DNA from: an uncultured Mollicutes bacterium
GTDB lineage: Bacteria; Bacillota_I; Bacilli_A; RFN20; CAG-826
Reading direction: 5' to 3'
DNA length: 64,000 nucleotides
Assembly (NCBI GenBank): GCA_945936135.1
Contig: CAMESG010000001.1
Coordinates: 66,748 to 130,747 of the forward strand
Position numbers and translations under genes: made by a program. The notes under the pieces are model-generated. The model ran no database searches. It saw only the letters and a list, made by a program, of their open reading frames with translations, and was not told where the DNA came from. Below are positions 46,935 through 56,244 of the stretch, in pieces (positions within the stretch are counted from its first letter, which is position 1; each line of letters opens with the position of its first letter).

Positions 46935-49641
46935 CTTTCAAAGCCTCAAGGCAACGGGGACAGAGGTCCCCTTCTTCCGTCGACGTCACGTGGTCAACAT
47001 GGAGTCGGCAACGGGCGCAAAGAGGCGCCTCGCTCTTTTTGGCCAAGGCCACGTTCTCTTCGCCTTTCTTCAAGGCGACTTTCGCGACCATGAAGAGTTT
47101 GCTCAAGGCTTCATCGCCTTCCTTAAGCAAGGCATCGTAAAGTTCTTCCGAAGCGACGCTTAACGTTAATTCGGCATCGCTAGAAGAGCCAAAGTGCCCT
47201 TGGGCACGGCCTTCTTCCAACGCCTTCAAAGCCACGTCGCGAAGGCGGAGGAAACTACCAAGCAACGCAAGCTCATCCGCCCCGTATTCGTGGGATTCTT
47301 TTACCATGTCTTCTAACTGCATGTGGGCCTTCTTCATCCCCGGCAAGTAGCCGTGGATCTCTTCCATCGTAAAGGGAAGGATCGGGTTAAGGAGCAAAGA
47401 AAGGTCTTTCGCGACACGATAGATCACGTCTTGGATCGCGATTCGACGTGGACTGTCTTTCTTGTCGCAATAAAGGACGTCTTTCGAGACATCGAGGTAG
47501 AAGCTTGACATATCGCTGCTTAAGAAAGGAACGATCGCGTTGATCACGCCCGGGAAATCGTAGGCATCGTAAGAAGCAAGCGCCTTGTTCTTGACGTTTT
47601 CCAAACGGGCAAGGATAAAGCGATCCAGTAAGGAATACTCCTTCTTTTCTTCGTTTGGGACATACTCAAAGAGATTCCCGAGCATGAATTTGAAGGTGTT
47701 CCGGATCTTACGGTAGTTATCGCTGACGGTCTTGATGATGCCTTCGCCAAGGCGGACGTCCGCGTGATAATCGACGGATCCCGCCCAAAGACGGAGGATG
47801 TCCGCCCCATATTCGGAAGCGAGCTTGGAAGGATCGATGCCGTTTCCAGCGCTTTTCGACATCTTCGCCCAGGATTCGTCCATCACCCAGCCATGGGTAA
47901 TGCAAGCCTTAAACGGCGCGACGCCGTTGATCGCAAGAGAGAGGATCAACGAGCTATTGAACCAGCCGCGGTATTGGTCGTTGCCTTCCAAATAAAGGTC
48001 CGCGGGGTACTTCATACCACGTTCTTGCAAGACGCCGTTCCACGAGGAGCCAGAGTCGAACCAGACGTCCATGATGTCCGTTTCTTTCGTGTACTCCCCA
48101 TTCGGGGAGGCGGGATTGCTATAGCCTTCCGGCAACAAGTCCTTCGCTTCTTTTTCAAACCAGACGTTCGATCCATATTCGCGGACCAGGTCTTGGATGT
48201 GCTTGAAAACCTTTTCTTCGACGATCGGGGAACCATCCTCGTTATAGATGATGGGGATGGGGACGCCCCAGACGCGCTGACGGGAAATGCACCAATCCGC
48301 GCGGTCTTTGATCATGTTGTACATCTTCCCTTCGCCCCAGGAAGGATACCATTCGATGTCCTTGATAGCCTTAAGAAGCTCTTCGCGGATCGGATCGATG
48401 GAGCAGAACCATTGGGGCGTCGCGCGGAAGATGACCGGTTTCTTGGTCCGCCAGTCGTGCGGATAGCTATGGACGATGTCGATTTCCTTCAAGAGGTGCC
48501 CGTTCTTTTCCAAAAGCTCGATCACGATGTCGTTGGCCTCTTCATAGAACTTGCCGGTACAAGGATCGTCTTCTCCTAGATGCATGATGCCCTTCTCATC
48601 GACGGGGCAAAACGGCTTAATGCCGTATTTCAAACAGGCATTGAAGTCATCAACGCCATGGTCGGGGGCGATGTGGACGAGGCCGGTGCCTGATTCTTCC
48701 GTGACGTAGCTCGCAAGGATGATCGGGGAGACCTTATCGTAAAGAGGATGCTTATAAGTCAAACCTTCTAAGTCTTGGCCATGGAACGAAGAAAGAAGGG
48801 TCGCTTCGTGGAATCCGACTTCCTGCATCATCTTTTCTTTCAAAGAAACAAGGAAAACAAAATCCCCCTTGTCCGTATGGAACAAACCGTATTCAAACTT
48901 CGGGTTGACCGCGATCGCCTGGTTCGCGGGGATCGTCCAAGGGGTCGTCGTCCAGATCAAGAACGAAGCGTCGTTCGGGACGATTCTCTTCCCATCCACG
49001 ACGTCCATCGCGACGTACATCGTCTTGGCGCCAATATCATGATATTCGACTTCGGCTTCCGCGAGCGCCGATTCGCTGCTCGGGGACCAATAAACCGGTT
49101 TCACGCCTTTGAAGATCAAGCCCTTCATGGCCATCTTCGCAAATACTTCGATCTGCCTTGCTTCGTATTCGGGGAGCAAGGTCAAATAGGGGGCATCATA
49201 ATCCCCAAGGCAGCCTAAACGGCGGATCTGTTCTTTTTGGTGATCGACCTGCTTCTTGGCATAGGCCTCGCAGATGCTGCGGAATTCGGGGAGGGGCGTC
49301 GTCTTCCGGTTGACCCCGGACTTCGTGACCTTCGTTTCGATCGGAAGTCCATGGGTATCCCAACCGAAAACGTAGGGCGTTTTAAAGCCCGCCATGTTCT
49401 TATAACGGACGATGAAGTCCTTCAAGGTAACGTTTAAGGCGTGCCCGCAATGGATGTCGCCATTCGCGTAAGGCGGACCGTCGTGAAGCATGAAAACCGG
49501 CGCGTTCACGCGGTTTTCTAACATTTGATCGTAAAGCCTGTCGTTCTTCCAGGCTTCGACCATCAAGGGTTCTTTCTGCGCTAGCCCGGCGCGCATCGGG
49601 AAGTCGGTCTTGCCCATGCGCAAGGTGTCTTTGAGTGCCAT
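46927..49641 (-). CDS. ileS: isoleucine--tRNA ligase
   Basis: HIGH motif PPYANGDIHCGHALN, KMSKSAGN, C-terminal zinc-binding CxxC pairs. Start MALKDTLRMGKTDFPMRAG with GGGAGA 9 nt upstream; the track ORF extends into the leader. Confidence 0.9.
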   Translation of the reverse strand: MALKDTLRMGKTDFPMRAGLAQKEPLMVEAWKNDRLYDQMLENRVNAPVFMLHDGPPYANGDIHCGHALNVTLKDFIVRYKNMAGFKTPYVFGWDTHGLPIETKVTKSGVNRKTTPLPEFRSICEAYAKKQVDHQKEQIRRLGCLGDYDAPYLTLLPEYEARQIEVFAKMAMKGLIFKGVKPVYWSPSSESALAEAEVEYHDIGAKTMYVAMDVVDGKRIVPNDASFLIWTTTPWTIPANQAIAVNPKFEYGLFHTDKGDFVFLVSLKEKMMQEVGFHEATLLSSFHGQDLEGLTYKHPLYDKVSPIILASYVTEESGTGLVHIAPDHGVDDFNACLKYGIKPFCPVDEKGIMHLGEDDPCTGKFYEEANDIVIELLEKNGHLLKEIDIVHSYPHDWRTKKPVIFRATPQWFCSIDPIREELLKAIKDIEWYPSWGEGKMYNMIKDRADWCISRQRVWGVPIPIIYNEDGSPIVEEKVFKHIQDLVREYGSNVWFEKEAKDLLPEGYSNPASPNGEYTKETDIMDVWFDSGSSWNGVLQERGMKYPADLYLEGNDQYRGWFNSSLILSLAINGVAPFKACITHGWVMDESWAKMSKSAGNGIDPSKLASEYGADILRLWAGSVDYHADVRLGEGIIKTVSDNYRKIRNTFKFMLGNLFEYVPNEEKKEYSLLDRFILARLENVKNKALASYDAYDFPGVINAIVPFLSSDMSSFYLDVSKDVLYCDKKDSPRRIAIQDVIYRVAKDLSLLLNPILPFTMEEIHGYLPGMKKAHMQLEDMVKESHEYGADELALLGSFLRLRDVALKALEEGRAQGHFGSSSDAELTLSVASEELYDALLKEGDEALSKLFMVAKVALKKGEENVALAKKSEAPLCARCRLHVDHVTSTEEGDLCPRCLEALKDE

Positions 49642-49950
49642 AAATTGAATTCTCCCAACAAAAGAAAACGCCAGAGTCACCAAGGACGCTCTGGCGCGCG
49701 GTACCACCTTGTTTCCCTATGGATAAGCGATCCTAGGGCACTTGCTTGATCTTTAACGCGATCAACGGCGCCCCTACTATGAGTTCAGGGCACAGGCTCC
49801 AAAGGGATGATCGGCGGTGCGTGCCCTTTCTCAGCTTCAGCAGGGCTCTCTGTCGGTGCGGTGTCGACCTTGTCTTTTTCCTAGCCGGGACTATTGTAGT
49901 TTCCCTTTAGGGAATGGGCAAGGGGCGAAAAAAGGATGCCCCGTGAAGAG
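49642..49950 (-). promoter_or_regulatory. T-box riboswitch (tRNA-Ile) upstream of ileS
   Basis: T-box AAGGTGGTACCGCGCGCC followed by a terminator CGCCAGAG-cgtccttggtga-CTCTGGCG plus a U-run (plus 49669-49696) overlapping the T-box 3' half. Confidence 0.7.
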
Positions 49951-49956
49951 CATCCT
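49929..49956 (-). terminator. terminator after ftsZ
   Basis: GGATGC-tcttcacggg-GCATCC followed by TTTTTT on the minus strand; near-identical to the hairpin at 61804-61827. Confidence 0.55.
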
Positions 49957-49967
49957 TACAAGTTTCT

Positions 49968-51089
49968 TTAAATCCCGTTTTTCAGGAAGTCCGGGAGGAT
50001 GTTGTCCCCGTAGACCGAATCGTCGTCTTGTTCGCTTGGGACGTCGTTTGCTTTCGAGAGGTTCGCGATCGGATCGGAGAAGGAAGGAATGCTTGGGGCA
50101 TTCGGCATCGGGCGGGCAACGGAGGTGAAATCGTATTCCTCGCTGAAATCGCTCGCGATGACCGAGGCCAAGATCCCATCGCCGAGTTGGGGATTGATCG
50201 AAACGCCGAAGATGATCTCCAAATTCGTCCCGGCGGTCGCGGTGATGCGGTTGACGCATTCTTGGGCTTCGAACAAGGAAACGTCCGAGCCGCAGGTGAT
50301 CGCGCAGATCGCCTTTCTAGCTCCGGCGATCGAAGCTTCCAAAAGAGGGCTATTGATCGCGTTTTCCGCCGCTTCTTGGGATTTATGATCGCCATGCCCT
50401 TCGCCAAAGCCGATCAGGGCGATCCCCGAGTTCTTGAGGATCGATTTGACGTCGGCGAAATCCAAATTGATGACCGCCGGCAAGAGGATCAATTCGACGA
50501 CCGTCTTGACGGATTGGGCCAAGACCTTGTCGGATTCGGCGAAGGCCTGGGAGATCGGGACGTTGCCGCGAGAAGCAAGGAGCTTATCGTTCGAGACGAT
50601 GATGATCGAGTCGACGGCGTCCTTCAATTCGTTTAAGCCAGAGCAGCTATTGGCGATTCTCGTTTTGCCTTCGAAGATGAAGGGACGGGTGACGATCGCG
50701 ATCGTCAAGGCGCCTTCTTCTTTTGCGATCTTCGCAACGACCGGGGAAGACCCCGTGCCCGTGCCTCCGCCCATGCCGGCCGCGATGAAGACCATGTTCG
50801 CCCCGCGGACGATCTCGCGGATCTTCTCTTCGCTTTGCTCGGCCGCGGCTTTGCCGACGCTTGGATCGCCGCCCGCGCCAAGACCTTGGGTGACGTCTTC
50901 GCCGATGACGATACGGTTCGGGGCCTTGGAGGTCGCCAAGGCCTGCTTATCCGTGTTCAAGACGTAAAATTCGACGTTATCGATGTGATCGTCAATCATG
51001 CGGTTGACGGCGTTATTGCCCGCGCCACCACAGCCGATGACGACGATGCGGATGACGGGTTCGTAGTTATCGAGGTCCATGGAATCCAT
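49968..51089 (-). CDS. ftsZ: cell division GTPase FtsZ
   Basis: VIGCGGAGNNAV and GGGTGTG tubulin-signature motifs, plus a conserved C-terminal tail. Confidence 0.9.
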   Translation of the reverse strand: MDSMDLDNYEPVIRIVVIGCGGAGNNAVNRMIDDHIDNVEFYVLNTDKQALATSKAPNRIVIGEDVTQGLGAGGDPSVGKAAAEQSEEKIREIVRGANMVFIAAGMGGGTGTGSSPVVAKIAKEEGALTIAIVTRPFIFEGKTRIANSCSGLNELKDAVDSIIIVSNDKLLASRGNVPISQAFAESDKVLAQSVKTVVELILLPAVINLDFADVKSILKNSGIALIGFGEGHGDHKSQEAAENAINSPLLEASIAGARKAICAITCGSDVSLFEAQECVNRITATAGTNLEIIFGVSINPQLGDGILASVIASDFSEEYDFTSVARPMPNAPSIPSFSDPIANLSKANDVPSEQDDDSVYGDNILPDFLKNGI

Positions 51090-51108
51090 ATTCGATGCCT
51101 CCTAGGGT

Positions 51109-52356
51109 TTATAGGGAATCGTCTTCGGGAGACGAGGTGCGTTTTAAGGTTTTGGCTTTTAGGGCCGGACGGGAGACGTGGGCCAGGTTCTTGTGGTTGT
51201 CGCTTAGGCTCCCGGTGTAGCTATTGCCTTTCGCGAGCAAGGAGCCCACCAAGCTCATGTAGCGAGGATGGCGCATGCCGACGACGCTTGGGACGTAGGA
51301 ATAGACTTCGTGCCCTTGCAAGATCGAAGCAAGCAAGGCCTTGATCCCGACAAGCATGCTTCCGCCGCCGCTAAGGATGAGGGGGAGATCCTTGATCTGG
51401 GCTTGCAAACCATAGAGTTTATCCAAGGTCGCCTTCAATTGGGCGATATAGGGTTCGAAGGCCTTCAAAAGGGCCGCGTTCCATTGTTCTTGGGAAATCT
51501 TGCCGACGCTTGGGTCGTTCGAAACGCCAATCGGGGCCGAGAAGAGCCTCGGGGTCGGATCGTAGCCGTACTCCTTCTTGAGGCTTTCGGCCTCTTCGAA
51601 GGTCAAGGAGAAGGAGGAAGCGAGACGCTCGGTGATGTCATCCCCGCCGAAGAAGATCGAGAACGAAGCGACGCTATTTCCTTTGCGGACCAAGTTCACT
51701 TGGGTGATCCTTGCGCCAAGGTTGATTAGAAGCGCGTCTTTTGGAAGATTCGCTTCCAAGCCCAAGGCCAAGGCGTCGCAATGGCTGTTGACGGAGACCT
51801 TCTCGATGCGGAAGCCCGCCTTCAAGAAGCAATTCGTGTAGGAAGAGACGACTTCGCTTGGCAAGAGGTGGACAAGTCCTTCGATCATCAAGGTCGAGCT
51901 CGTCTCGCCTAGAGGCGGCTCATAGAACCTGCGCCCATCTTCGAGGACGAACTCCTGGGGGATGATGTCGATCACGGAATACCCGGCCTTTTCGCGCAAA
52001 GAATCCTTTTGGAAAAGGGAGATCGCATTCGAGATGTCGACCGCCGAAACCGTCGAGGAAACGGTGTTCGTGCTCTTCGCGCCGTGGAAGCAGCCGAAGT
52101 CCAAGGCCGGCAAGACCAAGCAGGCGGAACTGATGTTCGCGACGACCCTCGTATGGGGGTCTTCGAGGCGATGGAATTGGCTCAACGCCGCGACCAAAGC
52201 CTCCTCGTCTTGGACGATGCCGCGGGAGATGATCCCGGGAATCGCGATTTCCTTCTCCAAAAAAGGGAAAGGGGAGCGATCATCGACGCTACCGAGGATA
52301 AGGCGGATGGAATCGCTTGTGACTTCGAAACAGGCAAACTTCTCGTTCATGCCCAC
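51109..52356 (-). CDS. ftsA: cell division protein FtsA
   Basis: Actin-like ATPase fold immediately upstream of ftsZ; N-terminus FACFEVTSDSIRLILG, and SGGGSML near the C-terminus. Confidence 0.85.
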   Translation of the reverse strand: MGMNEKFACFEVTSDSIRLILGSVDDRSPFPFLEKEIAIPGIISRGIVQDEEALVAALSQFHRLEDPHTRVVANISSACLVLPALDFGCFHGAKSTNTVSSTVSAVDISNAISLFQKDSLREKAGYSVIDIIPQEFVLEDGRRFYEPPLGETSSTLMIEGLVHLLPSEVVSSYTNCFLKAGFRIEKVSVNSHCDALALGLEANLPKDALLINLGARITQVNLVRKGNSVASFSIFFGGDDITERLASSFSLTFEEAESLKKEYGYDPTPRLFSAPIGVSNDPSVGKISQEQWNAALLKAFEPYIAQLKATLDKLYGLQAQIKDLPLILSGGGSMLVGIKALLASILQGHEVYSYVPSVVGMRHPRYMSLVGSLLAKGNSYTGSLSDNHKNLAHVSRPALKAKTLKRTSSPEDDSL

Positions 52357-52423
52357 TATTTTAATATAGTGAGGCTTAAATAGAAAGGGGAATATGGTAA
52401 AGGATTAGGCGTTTTTTAGGTAA

Positions 52424-52445
52424 GAAAAAGGCCCCTTTCGGAGCC
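52424..52445 (-). terminator. hairpin/attenuator between the FtsL-position gene and ftsA
   Basis: GGCTCC-gaaa-GGGGCC followed by TTTTTCTT on the minus strand. Confidence 0.45.
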
Positions 52446-52474
52446 TAATTCGCCGTTAGATAAAAGGCACTCTA

Positions 52475-52759
52475 TCAAGCGTGGACGTAGGAAAGGATCT
52501 CTTCGCTCGAACTATCGCCGGCTTCGTCGAGATCGACCTGGGAGCTAGATTGCAACGCTTCTTTAGCGGCAGCTTCGGTCGAAGCGGAGGCGACGATAAC
52601 GATGGGAAGAGCGCTTCCTAAGCCCAGAATCGCCGCGAAAGCGCAGACCTTGCCAAGCAAGGCAATACGGTAAAACCCTCTTTTGCGGTTGGTTTTCACG
52701 AGTTTATCTTTCATGGGGTTGGGTCTCCTTTCTGGGGGTGTTTGGGTTAGCGATTTCAA
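52475..52759 (-). CDS. small bitopic membrane protein at the FtsL position of the dcw cluster
   Basis: 94 aa: basic N-terminus, one TM (IALLGKVCAFAAILGLGSALPIVIVA) and an acidic tail. Sits between rsmH and ftsA, overlapping rsmH by 4 nt. No clear coiled coil. Confidence 0.4.
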   Translation of the reverse strand: MKSLTQTPPERRPNPMKDKLVKTNRKRGFYRIALLGKVCAFAAILGLGSALPIVIVASASTEAAAKEALQSSSQVDLDEAGDSSSEEILSYVHA

Positions 52760-53691
52760 CGCTTTTCAAGAATGCGCAGTTTGGCGCTCGCGGAGCGGTG
52801 GTTCTCATGGAGTTCCGCTTCGCTAGGTAGAATCGGTTTTCGATTCACCAACGCGAATTCCGGCTTCGCAATTTGATCCGGCAGCAAGACCGGGCCGTGT
52901 CGGCTTCCCTCAACGGTGGACAAGGCGCGGAAGGCGTCTTTCACCACGCGATCGTCAAGCGACATGAAGGTGATGATGGCGAGCCGTCCGCCCTCTTTCA
53001 AGAGCTTCGGCGCGTCTTGAAGCATTTTTTGGAGTGCTTCTTCTTCGTGGTTGACCTCGATACGGATGGCTTGGAAGGTCTGCTTCGCGGGGTGCCCTTT
53101 CTTCGAGAGTTCCTTCGCGGTCTTGGCCTTCTTCACACATTCGACGAGATCGAAGGTGGTGGTTAGAGGAGAGATCGCTCTCCGCGCTACAATTTCCTTT
53201 GCAATGCGGTAAGCGTCTTTCTCATCGCCATATTGCCGCAAGATGCGACTTAACTCCTCGATGGAGTATTCGTTGCATACCTTGGCGGCGGTTCGAGGCG
53301 AGGATTGGTCCATGCGCATGTCGAGCGTCTCATTCTCTCGATATGAGAAGCCGCGGCTAGGATCGTCGAGTTGTGGGCTCGATACCCCTAGATCTGCCAG
53401 GATCCCATCCACTTTGGTTACGTTTCGTTTCGCCAGTTCTTCCGTTGCGTGTTCGAAGTTGCTTTGGATCAATTCGAAGTTCGTTCCGATCTTTTCCAAA
53501 CGCTCCCTGGATTGCTTCAATGCTTCTTCGTCTTGGTCGAAGCAATAGAGGTATCCGTTTGGAATCCGTTTGAGAATCTCGGAGGAATGGCCCGCGCGAC
53601 CAAGGGTCAAGTCCACGTAGACGCCATCGGGTTTGAGGCTTAATCCCTCAAGGGCTTCGCTTAGAAGCACGGGGTAATGCTCGTACTTCAT
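52756..53691 (-). CDS. rsmH: 16S rRNA (cytosine1402-N4)-methyltransferase RsmH/MraW
   Basis: N-terminus HYPVLLSEALEGL...VDLTLGRAGHS and SAM-binding motifs. Confidence 0.9.
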   Translation of the reverse strand: MKYEHYPVLLSEALEGLSLKPDGVYVDLTLGRAGHSSEILKRIPNGYLYCFDQDEEALKQSRERLEKIGTNFELIQSNFEHATEELAKRNVTKVDGILADLGVSSPQLDDPSRGFSYRENETLDMRMDQSSPRTAAKVCNEYSIEELSRILRQYGDEKDAYRIAKEIVARRAISPLTTTFDLVECVKKAKTAKELSKKGHPAKQTFQAIRIEVNHEEEALQKMLQDAPKLLKEGGRLAIITFMSLDDRVVKDAFRALSTVEGSRHGPVLLPDQIAKPEFALVNRKPILPSEAELHENHRSASAKLRILEKR

Positions 53692-54128
53692 GATGCGTAG
53701 CTCTTTCTGGGCACCCCGAGCCGATCATAGGCGGCGCCATGGCGGACTTGATAGCGAAGGAAGGCGGCCTCATCCCAGATCTCGAAGTGATCGAGCACCC
53801 CGACGATCGTGACGTTTTGGCCGATCGCATACTCCTCTAGAAGTTGCTTCCCAAGAAGGATGCGACCATGCGAGTCGATCTTCATTTCGTTGATCGAACT
53901 CGCGGCGAGACGGACGTAAGCCCTTTCCTCTTCGGAGTGGAAGTCCATGCTTTCTAACTCCTCCAGGAACTTATCGAAGGCTTTCTCTTGGTACACCGAG
54001 AGGCAGCCATCGAAGCCCTTTAGGACATAAAGCACGTTTGCTTCTTCGTTGAGGAGTTTGGCGGGGATCAACAAGCGGCCTTTGCTGTCGAGGGATCGAT
54101 TGAATTTCCCGAACATCGTTTTTACCAC
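53688..54128 (-). CDS. mraZ: transcriptional regulator MraZ
   Basis: Duplicated MraZ domain (FGKFNRSLDSKGRLLIPAK... and KIDSHGRILL...). Confidence 0.9.
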   Translation of the reverse strand: MVKTMFGKFNRSLDSKGRLLIPAKLLNEEANVLYVLKGFDGCLSVYQEKAFDKFLEELESMDFHSEEERAYVRLAASSINEMKIDSHGRILLGKQLLEEYAIGQNVTIVGVLDHFEIWDEAAFLRYQVRHGAAYDRLGVPRKSYAS

Positions 54129-54284
54129 TTTTTCCCACCTCGCAACATAATGTTAGTTCCCCTTCGCGTGCATTGCAAGAGGAAATGCGTTTTTCCTTGC
54201 AAAAAGTCTTTACTTGTGCTTTTTCGGAAACCATCGATGGCGCCCATGCTTTTGGAAACGTGTTTTCCCCGATCCATTCCAAGG

Positions 54285-54326
54285 CAAAAGAAAAAGCCCA
54301 AACCCCGAAAAACTCGGAATTTGGGC
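54285..54326 (-). terminator. putative terminator after the SPFH gene
   Basis: GCCCAAA-17 nt loop-TTTGGGC followed by TTTTTCTTTTG on the minus strand. Confidence 0.4.
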
Positions 54327-54342
54327 AAGAAGCGAGGAGGTT

Positions 54343-55314
54343 TTACTTCTTTTTCTCGTCTTTGACGGTTTCGGCAATGGTGCAGGCAACGCCAGCAAGC
54401 TTCGAGAGATCCTGCGGGAGGAAGATCTTGGTAGCTTGGCCATTGGCGACGTCCTTCAAGGCTTCGTAGCCGCGGATCGTGAGGACGGCTTCATCGGCGC
54501 CGGCTTCTTTGATGGCTTGGATACCAGCGGCTTCGGCTTCCCGGACCATGCGGATACCATCGGCCTCGGCCTTCTTCATTTGAAGGACGCGGCTCGCTTC
54601 GCCTTCCGCGCGGCGGATCGTCGATTCCTTCTCGGCTTCCGCCTGGAGGATCTTCGCTTCCTTGGCGCCTTGGGCGTCCAAGATCGCGCTTTGCTTGCGG
54701 CCTTCCGCGAGCAAGACTTGTTCTCTCTTCTCACGTTCCGCCCTCATCTGGCGTTCCATCGCGTCTTGGATGTCCTTCGGCGGGAGGATGTTCTTCACTT
54801 CGACGCGGGTGACCTTGATCCCCCAAGGATCGGTCGCGGCGTCGAGGGTGACGCGAATCTTGTCGTTGATCACGTCGCGAGAGGTGAGCGTTTCGTCGAG
54901 ATCGAGCTCGCCGATCACGTTACGAAGGGTGGTCGCCGTCAAGAGTTCAATCGCGCGGATCGGTTCAGACACGCCATAGGCGAAGAGCTTTGGATCCGTC
55001 ACGTAGAAGAAGACGACCGTGTCGATCAACATCGTGACGTTGTCTTTGGTGATGACGTTTTGAGGCGGGAAGTCCGCGACCCTTTCCTTCATGTCGATGC
55101 GGTGGGCAAGGCGATCGAAGAAAGGCAATTTGACGTGGATGCCGGTGTCCCAGGTCTTGCGATACGACCCGAAGCGTTCGACGATTCCTTTCTCGGTTTG
55201 GCCGATGACCTTGATGTTCGCGACAAGAATGATGAGCGCGAGGATCAATAGGCCGATGAAGACGCAGAGGGCGACGAGCCAGCCATTCCCTCCGTCGGTA
55301 AGCAAGCGCAGCAT
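54343..55314 (-). CDS. SPFH/band-7 (stomatin-prohibitin-like) membrane protein
   Basis: N-terminal TM, SPFH domain, and a C-terminal Ala/Glu-rich coiled coil (EREKREQVLLAEGRKQSAILDAQGAKEAKILQAEAE). Confidence 0.8.
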   Translation of the reverse strand: MLRLLTDGGNGWLVALCVFIGLLILALIILVANIKVIGQTEKGIVERFGSYRKTWDTGIHVKLPFFDRLAHRIDMKERVADFPPQNVITKDNVTMLIDTVVFFYVTDPKLFAYGVSEPIRAIELLTATTLRNVIGELDLDETLTSRDVINDKIRVTLDAATDPWGIKVTRVEVKNILPPKDIQDAMERQMRAEREKREQVLLAEGRKQSAILDAQGAKEAKILQAEAEKESTIRRAEGEASRVLQMKKAEADGIRMVREAEAAGIQAIKEAGADEAVLTIRGYEALKDVANGQATKIFLPQDLSKLAGVACTIAETVKDEKKK

Positions 55315-55316
55315 GT

Positions 55317-55766
55317 TTAGTTCTCCTTTTCGATTTTATCAACGAGCAATTTGTTGCCGTTGACCATAATGACTTTGACGATGTCGCCCGGATGAATCTT
55401 CAATTCATCGCGGACGGGAAGGGCGTTCCAGATGACCCCGTGCACTTCGACTTCGCCGCCGTGCAAGGCATCTTTCCATTTTTTCACTTCCCCTTTTTGC
55501 CCGGCCATCGAGTCGACGTTGGTCGGGACGATGCGGCGTTTAAGCCGCTTCGTAAGCAAGGGTCGAAGCGCCAAGAAGGCGAGCAACGACACACACAGGA
55601 AGATCAAGATCTCGCCCCAAAATGGAAGCCCCGGAACGAAGCTAAGCCCTAAGCAGAGCAGGGCCGAGGCCGCAAACCAGATGGAGACGAGGGCATCGGT
55701 CGTGAATTCGACGATGAGCGTCACCAAGAAGATGCAAAGCCATACAACCCACATCCATTCTTCCAT
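55317..55766 (-). CDS. NfeD-family membrane protein (partner of the SPFH protein)
   Basis: Three N-terminal TMs plus a C-terminal OB-fold-like beta domain (GEVEVHGVIWNALPVRDELKIHPGDIVKVIMVNGNKLLV), directly upstream of the SPFH gene. Confidence 0.75.
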   Translation of the reverse strand: MEEWMWVVWLCIFLVTLIVEFTTDALVSIWFAASALLCLGLSFVPGLPFWGEILIFLCVSLLAFLALRPLLTKRLKRRIVPTNVDSMAGQKGEVKKWKDALHGGEVEVHGVIWNALPVRDELKIHPGDIVKVIMVNGNKLLVDKIEKEN

Positions 55767-56138
55767 TTAGCGATAACCTCCTTCCTCTTTTTCGGCGATC
55801 AAGCCGATTTCTTCTTCATAGACACATTTCATTTTGATCGGGCAATCTCCTTCCTTGAAATCGAGCCGCTGAAGAATGTGGCGGCAGATCGCTGCGTTGC
55901 CGAAGCGATCCGCGGTCTTTTTGTGGCTGAGCGGCAAAAGCGCTTCCCCTTCCGCCAAGACCCTCTCTTCATCCTGCGGTTTCACTGGCTGGATGATCAA
56001 CTTATCATCCTTGGTGACCCCGACGCGGACGAAGTCGACGTTCTCCAAGTAAGGCTTTAGAGAGACATTGACGAGGATATGGTAGGGATAGAGGGAGATT
56101 TTTCCTTCCGCCTTGTTCTTGAACCATTCGATATCCAT
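55767..56138 (-). CDS. hypothetical cytoplasmic protein, first gene of the nfeD-SPFH operon
   Basis: ATG at 56138 (MDIEWFKNKAEG...) is preceded by TATAAT; the stop abuts the nfeD start. The track ORF extends 18 codons upstream. Confidence 0.4.
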   Translation of the reverse strand: MDIEWFKNKAEGKISLYPYHILVNVSLKPYLENVDFVRVGVTKDDKLIIQPVKPQDEERVLAEGEALLPLSHKKTADRFGNAAICRHILQRLDFKEGDCPIKMKCVYEEEIGLIAEKEEGGYR

Positions 56139-56244
56139 GTTCCTATTATAACCGATTCTCCAATTCATACAAGAAAATTCCAAGAAATTCAAATTTGAAA
56201 TAATTCCACTTCATTTTATTCGCCGACCATGCAATAATTAGGGT

